From IMG/VR virus record IMGVR_UViG_3300044476_000098, positions 1-27,551 of that record: 27,551 bases of DNA. The stretch is one strand, 5' to 3'. Position numbers and translations under genes: made by a program. This document shows positions 16,390-24,469 of the stretch, in pieces. Origin of the DNA: a virus (taxonomy: Duplodnaviria > Caudoviricetes). Each line of letters begins with the position of its first letter. The first letter of the stretch is position 1. Under the pieces are notes generated by a model. The model was given only the letters and a program-made list of their open reading frames with translations. It ran no database searches and was not told the DNA's origin.

Positions 16390-17864
16390 CAGCCATGAGC
16401 GACCGCAGCCTGAGGGCTTTGGAGGTGCTGGGTCGTTCGGACCCGGAGTACGTGGCCGTGGCCTCCATGCTTTACGGCACCGCTGACCCGGAAACAGTCC
16501 TGAGCGAGGTGTACAAGGCGATGCCGGACCAGGCCGACCTGGCGACGCAGACGCCTGCCCAGTTGCGCGCCGCCGCGCGGCGCGAGGAGAAGCGGCGTCA
16601 GCGGATGCAGGCCCGTGTCGGTCTCGCGTCCAACGTCGTCGGCCTCGCCGCCGGTTCGGCCGCGTTGGCCACGGCCGCCAGCAATCCCACGCTGCGGTCC
16701 TCCGGCCGCAAGCTGGGCGCGGAGTTCGCCGCTTCCGGCGGCAAGGCCGGGGGTCCGGTGACCCGGCGTCTGGCGACCAGGCTGACCGGCACCACCGCCA
16801 AGGGGCGTCTCATCCGGGCCGGCGCCATCGGTGCGGTCGGGCTGCAGGCGGCCAACACCGGTGGCGACATCATCGCCAACCGGGTGCTGGCGCGCAGCGC
16901 GAGCGGCCCGAAGAAGCGGCAGCCGGCAGCGGCCACGACCCCGGTCGCGAAGCTCGATGTTCGCGGGCTCGGCGCAGCCGGGACCGAGATCGCATCCGGC
17001 ATCAAGGGCGGTGTGTTCGGCCGGGTCAAGCCGCCCAAGCCGGTGAAGATGGCCTGGACCACCACTGCCGCGCCGGGCGGGTCGGTGTCGTCCTACGGCC
17101 CGGCCGTGAAGGCACCCAAGGCGCCCAAGGCTCCCCGGACCGCACGCCGCGGCAAACTGGCGGTCACCGGCCGCCAGAAGGCACCTCCTGCCACCCCCAA
17201 TGTGCTGCCGCCGCCGGTGCTTCCGGCGAAGCTGGGCGCAGCCGAGACGCCCCACGCCGGAAAGGTGTTCAAGCCTCCGGAGCGTGCCGCCGGTGACGTG
17301 CTCGGTCCGCCCGGCACAGCGCCCCCGCTGTCTACGAAGCAGAAGGCCGGCCTCGGGGCTGCCGTGGTCGGCGTCCCGTACCTGGTCGGGCGTAGTTCCG
17401 GCGGGCAGGAGTCGTACTACAAGCGGGACACGACGGTGGAGTGGACCGGAGAGTTCGCCAAGGTGGACACCGACAAGCGGTTGGCGTTCGGCTGGGCGTC
17501 GGTGACCAAGCTCAACGGCCTTCCGGTGGTCGACAAGCAGGGCGACTGGATCACCGACGACGACCTGGAGGACGCCGCGTACTCCTACGTGGTGAAGTCC
17601 CGCAAGGGCGGCGACATGCACCGCCGGGTCGGCGACCAGCCGTTCCACGCCGCCGACCTGGTCGAGTCCTTCGTGCTGACGCCGGAGAAGGCCGAGCGGA
17701 TGGGCCTCCCGCAGGACACCCCGATGGGCTGGTGGGTCGGCTTCCGGGTCAACGACGACGATGCGTGGCAAGAGGTCAAGAAGGGCAACAGGACGGGATT
17801 CTCGATCCACGGCTCGGGCCGTCGGCGCGAGGTCGACTACGACTCAGTGATGGCTGGTGCATGA
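16386..17864 (+). CDS. capsid maturation protease, XkdF/peptidase S78-like C-terminal domain fused to a cationic Gly/Ala-rich N-terminal region
   Basis: C-terminal ~145 aa: KRLAFGWASV, VDKQGDWI, LEDAAYSY, GDMH, LVESFV, GWWVGFRV, WQEVKKG, TGFSIHG; AGGGGAGG SD. Confidence 0.88.
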   Translation: MTAMSDRSLRALEVLGRSDPEYVAVASMLYGTADPETVLSEVYKAMPDQADLATQTPAQLRAAARREEKRRQRMQARVGLASNVVGLAAGSAALATAASNPTLRSSGRKLGAEFAASGGKAGGPVTRRLATRLTGTTAKGRLIRAGAIGAVGLQAANTGGDIIANRVLARSASGPKKRQPAAATTPVAKLDVRGLGAAGTEIASGIKGGVFGRVKPPKPVKMAWTTTAAPGGSVSSYGPAVKAPKAPKAPRTARRGKLAVTGRQKAPPATPNVLPPPVLPAKLGAAETPHAGKVFKPPERAAGDVLGPPGTAPPLSTKQKAGLGAAVVGVPYLVGRSSGGQESYYKRDTTVEWTGEFAKVDTDKRLAFGWASVTKLNGLPVVDKQGDWITDDDLEDAAYSYVVKSRKGGDMHRRVGDQPFHAADLVESFVLTPEKAERMGLPQDTPMGWWVGFRVNDDDAWQEVKKGNRTGFSIHGSGRRREVDYDSVMAGA

Positions 17865-18703
17865 TGCCGTACGCGCTCAAACAGGCAGACCAGATCGAGC
17901 TGGGTCGCATACAGGGACGCGCTGATTATCGGTACGCCGAGGCCAAGCGCCAGCAGAAGCGCACCGTCCCGCTTCTCGGCGGGATGGTCGGCGGTGCGGC
18001 CGCGACAGGTGTCGGCTACCGGCAAACGTTCCGTGGAGCGAGTAAGGCCCCCAGTGGGCGGTCTCTCGGCGGAATGCTGATCGGAGCCGGAGCGCTCAGC
18101 TCGGCCGGGTCGCTGGCCGGGATGCTCGGCCAGGCGAAGGTCAAGAATCGGATTATTCGTGAGCACAACGCTGATGTGCGCGCGTTGAACGCGCTGGAGA
18201 GCCGCACCCGGGTCAGCCAGGGGGCGAGCAAGACGCGAGCAGCAGGGAGCGGTGGCGTGGCCAACCCCAAGCAGATGTCCAAGAGCCTTGGAGCCTCGCT
18301 CCCTGTCGTCGTCTCCAAGGGGAGCCGGATCAGGGACACCGAGAAGTACAAGCAGCACCCGACCAACCTGATGATGAACCGCGGCAAGTACCAGGTGGAA
18401 TACCGGGAGGGCAGCGTGCCCAGGATTGCCGGTCACAACGTCGGTCCCGCTTTGCTCGGGGCTGCGCCAGGGGCCGCGATGATGGGCGCCGGGGTGCACC
18501 ACGGGATGCGCGGCAAGGGCAAGCTCGGGGCGGCGCTGTATCTGGGCGGCGTCCCGACGCTCGCCCTCGGCGCCGGTGCCGGCGCTCATCGCGGGATGCA
18601 GCGCTCCATGCGTCAGGGCGACATCCGGATCACCGATCGCAAGTCCGGCAAGCGCGCGACCGGGACTCGCTTCTGGTCGGGCAAGCCGAGCGGGTGGGAG
18701 TGA
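17861..18703 (+). CDS. cationic glycine-zipper protein (~280 aa)
   Basis: True start is ATG 17861 (ATGA overlap) within track ORF 17441..18703; LLGGMVGGAAATGVG, LGGMLIGAGALSSAG, LLGAAPGAAMMGAG helices; MSK|S and VSK|G sites. Confidence 0.75.
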   Translation: MMPYALKQADQIELGRIQGRADYRYAEAKRQQKRTVPLLGGMVGGAAATGVGYRQTFRGASKAPSGRSLGGMLIGAGALSSAGSLAGMLGQAKVKNRIIREHNADVRALNALESRTRVSQGASKTRAAGSGGVANPKQMSKSLGASLPVVVSKGSRIRDTEKYKQHPTNLMMNRGKYQVEYREGSVPRIAGHNVGPALLGAAPGAAMMGAGVHHGMRGKGKLGAALYLGGVPTLALGAGAGAHRGMQRSMRQGDIRITDRKSGKRATGTRFWSGKPSGWE

Positions 18704-18706
18704 GCC

Positions 18707-19327
18707 ATGCCATTCGCGAGCGCCAAGCAGCGTCGGTTCATGTACTCCCAGCACCCGGAGATCGCCCAGCGCTGGACCGACGAGGCGAAGGCCGAGGCGG
18801 CTCGACGGTCGAAGGAGTCCGGCAAGAAGGTCCGCCCGGTCTACATCAAGCCATGGAGCCAGCCCAAGAGTGAGCGCGGTCGCGCGAAGCGCGGCAAGGC
18901 CAAGGCCGAGGTCGAGAAGTCGTTCGGTCCGGACAACGTCGGCCGCCAGGGCGCGCACGGCGTCAACCGTGGCTGGACCGACAAGGCCAAGCGCGACTAC
19001 CAGATGGCCGGTGGCGCGATTGCGGTCGTCGGGGCTGCCAACATGCCTGGCGCTGGTCGGATCACCGAGCACGGCGTGAACGCCTCGACATCCAGTACGG
19101 GCAAGGCCGTGTGGCGCGGCATCGAGCGCGGTCGCACCCATGGTGTGATTCCTGCGGGGCGCGTAGCCGGACGCCAGCTCATGAAGATCAAACCGGTGGC
19201 TGATCTTGCCAGCAACATTCCGACCAGGGCGCGGCCGTTCCTGCTGCTCTCGGCCGGAGCCTCCATGATGCGTGGCGAGATACCCAAGCCGGTGGAGATG
19301 CTCAACCCGATGGGGTGGTCAGGATGA
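18707..19327 (+). CDS. basic hypothetical protein with N-terminal MPFxSxxQRRxMxxxHPEIAxRW motif
   Basis: 206 aa; GGGAG SD; VEK|S site. Confidence 0.75.
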   Translation: MPFASAKQRRFMYSQHPEIAQRWTDEAKAEAARRSKESGKKVRPVYIKPWSQPKSERGRAKRGKAKAEVEKSFGPDNVGRQGAHGVNRGWTDKAKRDYQMAGGAIAVVGAANMPGAGRITEHGVNASTSSTGKAVWRGIERGRTHGVIPAGRVAGRQLMKIKPVADLASNIPTRARPFLLLSAGASMMRGEIPKPVEMLNPMGWSG

Positions 19328-19743
19328 GTCGATGGGGAGATGGCTCGGTGTGCAAGTCCGAGTCCGGTGATCGCTACCGGGAAGGGACCGAGATTCTGCG
19401 CCGTGGGCGCGAGACCGATCGGGACTCCGAGCGCGAGCGGCTGCGCGAGAAGCAGATGGCCGCCTTCGCGCAACGCCAGGCCAGACGCCGCGAGGCCTAC
19501 GACCCTGAGGCCGACCGGCAGCGCCGGTACGGCGCGTACATGGGGGCGGCAGGCACCGGCGGCGCTGTCGTCGGAGGCTACGGAGTCCGCAACCTGCGTC
19601 GCGCCAACAAGCCGCTGCCCAGGGGCGGTCTGCTAGTCCCGCGCAAGGCCGCAGGTCAGCTGGGTGGCGCAGCCGCTCTGCTCGGCGGCGCCGGGTACCT
19701 GTTGCACCGAAGCGGCAAGCGAGAGAACAAGGGGTGGCGCTGA
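19324..19743 (+). CDS. cationic glycine-zipper protein (~139 aa)
   Basis: ATGA-coupled start 19324; VCK|S site; two Gly-rich helices (GAYMGAAGTGGAVVGGYG, LGGAAALLGGAGYLL). Confidence 0.7.
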   Translation: MSRWGDGSVCKSESGDRYREGTEILRRGRETDRDSERERLREKQMAAFAQRQARRREAYDPEADRQRRYGAYMGAAGTGGAVVGGYGVRNLRRANKPLPRGGLLVPRKAAGQLGGAAALLGGAGYLLHRSGKRENKGWR

Positions 19744-20159
19744 TGGCCGGAAAGGACAGTTCTCGGAGCGGCAAGGGCCGCTCCGGCAAGTACGTCAACG
19801 GAGGTCGGCAGGCGTTCATCGACGCCGCAGTGACACCGCCCGCGCCTCCCACACCGCCACCCGGGCCTGCGGCTGCGCGGGCAGCTGCCCGGCCCAAGCC
19901 GTTCGCCAGTGTTCCGGTCATCCAGTCGCCGGTGGCGACAGCGCGTGCCCGGGGCTATGCGATCGGCAATAGGGCCGGCCGTGCCGCCCGGGTCGTCGTG
20001 CCTACCGCCGTGGTTGGCGGCGGCCTGTATGCGCTGCACCGCAGCAGGCGCAACAAGCAGGTCCAGGAGGAGGTCGGCAAGCGTGCCGATGATGTCGTCC
20101 TGGACTACATGGAGGCCATGGACGGCTACCTGCGTGACGCTGCTGTGATGAGATGGTGA
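19743..20159 (+). CDS. basic Pro/Ala-rich protein with one Gly-rich hydrophobic helix (~138 aa)
   Basis: TGATG-coupled start 19743; VVVPTAVVGGGLYAL; VGK|R site before an acidic tail. Confidence 0.7.
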   Translation: MAGKDSSRSGKGRSGKYVNGGRQAFIDAAVTPPAPPTPPPGPAAARAAARPKPFASVPVIQSPVATARARGYAIGNRAGRAARVVVPTAVVGGGLYALHRSRRNKQVQEEVGKRADDVVLDYMEAMDGYLRDAAVMRW

Positions 20160-20163
20160 CGCG

Positions 20164-21372
20164 ATGGCCAGGACAGTGAAACGGCTTTTCGACCTCGACA
20201 TCGACGAGGTGAGTCTTGTCGACCGTGCCGCCAACCAGCACGCGGTCATCACCTTCACCAAGCGGGCCGATCCCGAGGAGGACCCCATGCCCGGTTTCTA
20301 CGACTCCGACGGCGACCTAGTGGACGAGGTGGAACTCGACACCGGTGACGTCGTGTACGACGAGGACGGCAACGAGTTCGTCTTCCTGGACGACGACACG
20401 GCCGAGGACCTTCTCGAAGCCGGCGAGATCGACGAGTCGGATCTGTTCGCCATGGACGAGCCGGTCGAGGTCGGCAAGGCGTCGCGTTGGAAGGCCTCCC
20501 AGGGCGCCATCGAGTACATGGCCGGCCAGGGAAGCACCAACGCCAAGGCTCTCCAGCGGCGCGCCGCGCGTCAGGCCGCTGCTGCGGCCGAGAAGCCGGG
20601 CCCCGACCTCGCGACCCGCGCCCGCAAGTACAAGTACCTCAAGGAGCGCGGCCTGGCCGGTCCTGCCGGCACTGCTGCACCCGGGCTCGGCAGGGCTCTC
20701 AGCGAGGGCTGGGCCGCCGGCGGCTCGGCGCAGAACGCCGGTCGTGGCACGCAGCTCGTTCGTGGCGCGTTCGGGCCCAACGAGAACCGGGCCTTCGGCG
20801 CAGCCGCGCATGTCAGCCGCAACCGTGGCAAGTACGCGATCGGCGGTGGCGCTGGTCTCGTGGGCGCCGGTTACGGGGTCGCCCAGAAGTCCCTCGGCTC
20901 GGAGGTCTACGAGGAGCTGTCCAAGGCTCTCACTGACTCCGACCGTGACGCGGTGATCTCCAAGGCGATGGACGTCGTCGCGCAGGCGCGCGAGGAGGCC
21001 GCACTGGCCAACGCCCGGGTCGCCGAGCTGGAGGCCCGCGAACGCATGACGGAGTACGTCGCCAAGGCCTCCCAGTACGACCTCCCGGTCGACCCAGAGG
21101 AGCTCGCGGCGCTGCTCTACGAGGTCAACAACTCGGTCAGCAAGAGCGGCCAGAAGCTGCTCGGCCAGATTCTGGAGCAGGCGGCCAGCGCGGGTCTCTA
21201 CGACGAGATCGGCGCTACCGGTGACTATGTGGACACGCAGGTCATGGGCATGGTGTCCGGCTTCGCGGACCAGCTGGTGGCCAAGAGCGACCTGTCCCGC
21301 GAGCAGGCCGTCGTGGCGCTGTTCGAGACCAACCCCGCGGCGTACGACCAGTACATCGCCGAGCAGCGCTGA
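20164..21372 (+). CDS. capsid scaffolding protein with N-terminal protease-type EVSLVDRAAN strand
   Basis: Directly upstream of decoration/MCP genes; acidic plus coiled-coil regions; C-terminal LSREQAVVALFETNPAAYDQY; many hydrophobic-small-K|A/S sites. Confidence 0.75.
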   Translation: MARTVKRLFDLDIDEVSLVDRAANQHAVITFTKRADPEEDPMPGFYDSDGDLVDEVELDTGDVVYDEDGNEFVFLDDDTAEDLLEAGEIDESDLFAMDEPVEVGKASRWKASQGAIEYMAGQGSTNAKALQRRAARQAAAAAEKPGPDLATRARKYKYLKERGLAGPAGTAAPGLGRALSEGWAAGGSAQNAGRGTQLVRGAFGPNENRAFGAAAHVSRNRGKYAIGGGAGLVGAGYGVAQKSLGSEVYEELSKALTDSDRDAVISKAMDVVAQAREEAALANARVAELEARERMTEYVAKASQYDLPVDPEELAALLYEVNNSVSKSGQKLLGQILEQAASAGLYDEIGATGDYVDTQVMGMVSGFADQLVAKSDLSREQAVVALFETNPAAYDQYIAEQR

Positions 21373-21383
21373 GGAGCTGAGAG

Positions 21384-21785
21384 ATGAGCTACGAAGAGTC
21401 TCTACGGTCCATCTCGTTGGACGCCGACGCGTCCATCGGGGTCTACACGGGCGTGCCCGGGATGCCTGGGTCCGCCGATCCCAACGCGGGCAAGCAGTAC
21501 CGCTTCGTGAAGGTGACCGGAGCCCACGCGGTCGGTCTCGCCACAGCGGCCACTGACGCCATCGTGGGGGTGCTGCAGAACAAGCCGCAGTCCACGGGCA
21601 TGGCGGCGACGGTCGGCATCAGCGGCGTCACCAACGTCGTCGCCGGCGGCAACATCACCGCCGGCGCCAAGGTGGCTCCCGACGCCAACGGGGCGGCTGT
21701 CGTCGACGCCACCAACGGCCGGTGCATCGCACTGGGCGCCACAACCACAGTGGGAGCTCTCGTTCCCGTTCTGATCAGGCTCTGA
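21384..21785 (+). CDS. capsid decoration/cement protein (DUF2190-like)
   Basis: QYRFVKVTG...IVGVLQNKP...GVTNVVAGGNITAGAKVAPDANGAAV...IALGA pattern; between scaffold and MCP. Confidence 0.75.
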   Translation: MSYEESLRSISLDADASIGVYTGVPGMPGSADPNAGKQYRFVKVTGAHAVGLATAATDAIVGVLQNKPQSTGMAATVGISGVTNVVAGGNITAGAKVAPDANGAAVVDATNGRCIALGATTTVGALVPVLIRL

Positions 21786-21800
21786 GGGGAGTGATGAGCG

Positions 21801-22799
21801 ATGCCTAGCCCGACGCAGGCCGACCTGCACGTCAACGTCCCGCTGACCAACGTCAGCGTGGCCTACATGCAGTCCGCCGACACCTACATCGCGGACAAGA
21901 TCTTCCCGCGGGTGCCGGTGCAGAAGCAGTCCAACATCTACTGGAAGTACTCCAAGACCGACTGGCGTCGCACGGACGTGCAGCGTCGGGCACCCGGGAC
22001 GGAGTCCCCCGGGGTCGGCTGGAACAACCTGACGGACAGCTACTTCTGCCACGTCTACGCGGTCCACAAGGACATCGACGACCAGACGCGCGCCAATGCG
22101 GACAGCAACTTCAACATGGACCGGGACTCCACCGAGTTCATCACGAACCAGCTGCTGCTCAAGCGCGACATCGACTGGGTGTCCCGGTACTTCAAGACCG
22201 GTGTCTGGACGACCGAGAAGACCGGCGTTGCGGCGACCCCGACCACCGGCCAGTTCCTGCAGTGGAACGACGCGGCGTCGGACCCGATCGGCGACGTGGC
22301 CCGGTGGATCATCGACTTCCGCAAGCTGACCGGCTACAAGCCGAACAAGATGGTCCTCGGCGCCGAGGTGATGGCTTCTCTCAAGCAGCACCCGGACATC
22401 ATCGACCGGATCAAGTACACCCAGCGCGGGATCGTGACCGAGGACCTCATCGCCACGCTGTTCGACGTGGACGACCTCTACACGAGCTACGCCACGGTGG
22501 CCACCGGGCCGCAGATCCCGGACGCCAAGGCGCAGGACGCCGCGGGCACGTTCGACTTCATCACCTCGCCCAAGGCTGCGCTGCTCGCGTTCTCGACCTC
22601 GGCACCGTCATTGCAGACGCCTACCGCCGGGTACACCTTCACGTGGAGCGGCTACCTGGCCGGCAACGCCCGTGGCACCCGGATCAAGCGCTTCCGGATG
22701 GAGCACATCGCGGCCGATCGCATTGAGGCCGAGATGACCTACGACATGAAGGTCGTCGCTCCTGACATGGGCGTGTTCCTGAACACAGTGGTGGCGTGA
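21801..22799 (+). CDS. major capsid protein (HK97 fold, lambda E-like)
   Basis: 332 aa; HVNVPLTNVSVAY, IADKIFPRVPVQKQS, SDPIGD, PNKMVLG, LKQHPDIIDRIKYT; position in head operon. Confidence 0.88.
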   Translation: MPSPTQADLHVNVPLTNVSVAYMQSADTYIADKIFPRVPVQKQSNIYWKYSKTDWRRTDVQRRAPGTESPGVGWNNLTDSYFCHVYAVHKDIDDQTRANADSNFNMDRDSTEFITNQLLLKRDIDWVSRYFKTGVWTTEKTGVAATPTTGQFLQWNDAASDPIGDVARWIIDFRKLTGYKPNKMVLGAEVMASLKQHPDIIDRIKYTQRGIVTEDLIATLFDVDDLYTSYATVATGPQIPDAKAQDAAGTFDFITSPKAALLAFSTSAPSLQTPTAGYTFTWSGYLAGNARGTRIKRFRMEHIAADRIEAEMTYDMKVVAPDMGVFLNTVVA

Positions 22800-22800
22800 C

Positions 22801-23358
22801 GTGTACCGGCCACCGGTCTCGCTGGTCGCCCTGCGCAGCGTCGTTTTCGGCGGCGCTGCGTGGGCGCGCGGCTACCGGCTGACGCCCGCAGACCTGAAGC
22901 TCAAGAACGTCCAGGTCGCCATCGCCAAGGGCTGGGTCGGGACGCTCCCGGAGCTCTACGGGCGCAAGGGCAAACTGGCCCGGCCCAGGCCGGGTCACGT
23001 GAGCCCGGGGGCGCTGAAGGCGTACCCGACAGGGTCGGGCTGCTCGTTGACCGGAGTGAAGAACGTCGGCAACCCGATGCAGTACGACTTCACCTTCGCC
23101 GGGTCCGGCTGGACGGCGTCCGGGGTCTGGTACGACTTCGGCGACGGCGTGGAGTTCGTGGCGAAAGACACCGCTCCGGTGAGCCACGTCTACCGGACTG
23201 CGGGCACGTACACGGCTCAGGCCAACGGCTGGAACGCCACCCAGGGCGGACGTGCGGTTGCCACCGCGACTCCCACAGTGGCCAGGCGCGTCGATGGCGC
23301 TCCCACTACACGGCGGAAGAAGGTGACGGATGACGACGCGGCAAAGGGCGCGGAGTAG
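22801..23358 (+). CDS. PKD (Ig-like) domain virion protein
   Basis: WYDFGDG...VSHVYRTAGTYTAQ matches the PKD consensus WDFGDG...HxYxxxGxY. Confidence 0.7.
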   Translation: MYRPPVSLVALRSVVFGGAAWARGYRLTPADLKLKNVQVAIAKGWVGTLPELYGRKGKLARPRPGHVSPGALKAYPTGSGCSLTGVKNVGNPMQYDFTFAGSGWTASGVWYDFGDGVEFVAKDTAPVSHVYRTAGTYTAQANGWNATQGGRAVATATPTVARRVDGAPTTRRKKVTDDDAAKGAE

Positions 23359-23551
23359 GGCCAGCACCCATCCCGAGACCGTGCCGGTGCCGCTCGCCGA
23401 GGACGACACGGGCGAGCAGTGGTTCGCCCGGCGTCCGATGCGCCTGTCCGGCCGGAACTACGGTCCGGGCGAGCGCATCCCACCGTTGGTGATCGCCAGC
23501 CTCCCGAGGCCCGAGGCGCTGATCCGGGCCGGGCTCGCCACCAAGGGCTGA
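23330..23551 (+). CDS. small hypothetical virion-associated protein (73 aa)
   Basis: WFARRPMRLSGRNYGPGERIP motif typical of small post-MCP proteins; fills the operon gap. Confidence 0.6.
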   Translation: MTTRQRARSRASTHPETVPVPLAEDDTGEQWFARRPMRLSGRNYGPGERIPPLVIASLPRPEALIRAGLATKG

Positions 23552-23561
23552 AGGGGGCCAC

Positions 23562-24053
23562 ATGTCCTGGTCCTACAGCGGTGATCCCAAGACTTCGGAC
23601 CTGGACGAGTGCCGGTTCTGGATTCAGGACACGCTTGTCGACCGGCAGCTCCTCTCCGACGAGGACCTGACCTACCTGCTCGACGCGTACATGCCGGAGT
23701 ACCAGTCGGTCATCTACACCTCGGCCATCGCCTGCGAGATCATCGCCAGCCGGTACGCCCACGAGGTGGCGGTCAGCGCCGACGGCGTGTCGGTGGGCAT
23801 GGGCGACCTGCAGAGCAAGTACACCCAGTTGGCCGCCCGGCTGCGCGAGCTGTACAAGACCGGGGTCACAGCAGGGTCGGTGGACGTCGACCGGCTGCTC
23901 ACCGACATGTCCTGGGACTGGACGATCCCGCCGTTCGTGTTCGGGATCGGGCACATGGACAACGTGGATGCCGGGGAGCAGGAGTACGGCGGCATCAACA
24001 GCGCGTACTCGGCGCCCTACGCCTATCCGGACCCTGAGGCCGGTGGCCCATGA
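23562..24053 (+). CDS. head-to-tail adaptor
   Basis: MSWSYSGDP..SDLDECRFWIQDT...LLSDEDL...Y..LAARLR pattern; synteny. Confidence 0.75.
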   Translation: MSWSYSGDPKTSDLDECRFWIQDTLVDRQLLSDEDLTYLLDAYMPEYQSVIYTSAIACEIIASRYAHEVAVSADGVSVGMGDLQSKYTQLAARLRELYKTGVTAGSVDVDRLLTDMSWDWTIPPFVFGIGHMDNVDAGEQEYGGINSAYSAPYAYPDPEAGGP

Positions 24054-24469
24054 GGCTGTCCGGCTGGGGTCTGGCTGAGTACATCGCCACCACTTACTGC
24101 AACCGCAACATGACCAGCACCGTGTCGGTGGTGCGCAAGTCCGTCCCGGTGCTGGACCCGGACAGCGGGATGCTGTCGTCGCTGGACGACCACGTCGTGT
24201 ACACCGGGATCGCCCGGGTCTACTCGGTGTCCGGGCCGCTGACCATGCAGGTCGGAGACGAGCCGCAGTACTTCTCGGCCACGACGGTCTCGATACCGGA
24301 GCGCACGGACCCGTGGCCCCAGGTGGACGACGTGGTGACGATCCTCACCTGCCCTGACGACAAGGTGGTCGGGCGCTCCTACCGCGTCACCGATGTCAAC
24401 GTCGCGGGCCAGTTCGCGTCCGCGCTGGCGCTGTCCTGCACCGGCGTCCAACCTGCGAGGAACGCATGA
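24050..24469 (+). CDS. head-to-tail stopper (DUF6093-like)
   Basis: MTSTVSVVR..LDPDSG..VVYTGIARV..VSIP..VDDVVTI..GRSYRV pattern; ATGA coupled. Confidence 0.75.
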   Translation: MRLSGWGLAEYIATTYCNRNMTSTVSVVRKSVPVLDPDSGMLSSLDDHVVYTGIARVYSVSGPLTMQVGDEPQYFSATTVSIPERTDPWPQVDDVVTILTCPDDKVVGRSYRVTDVNVAGQFASALALSCTGVQPARNA

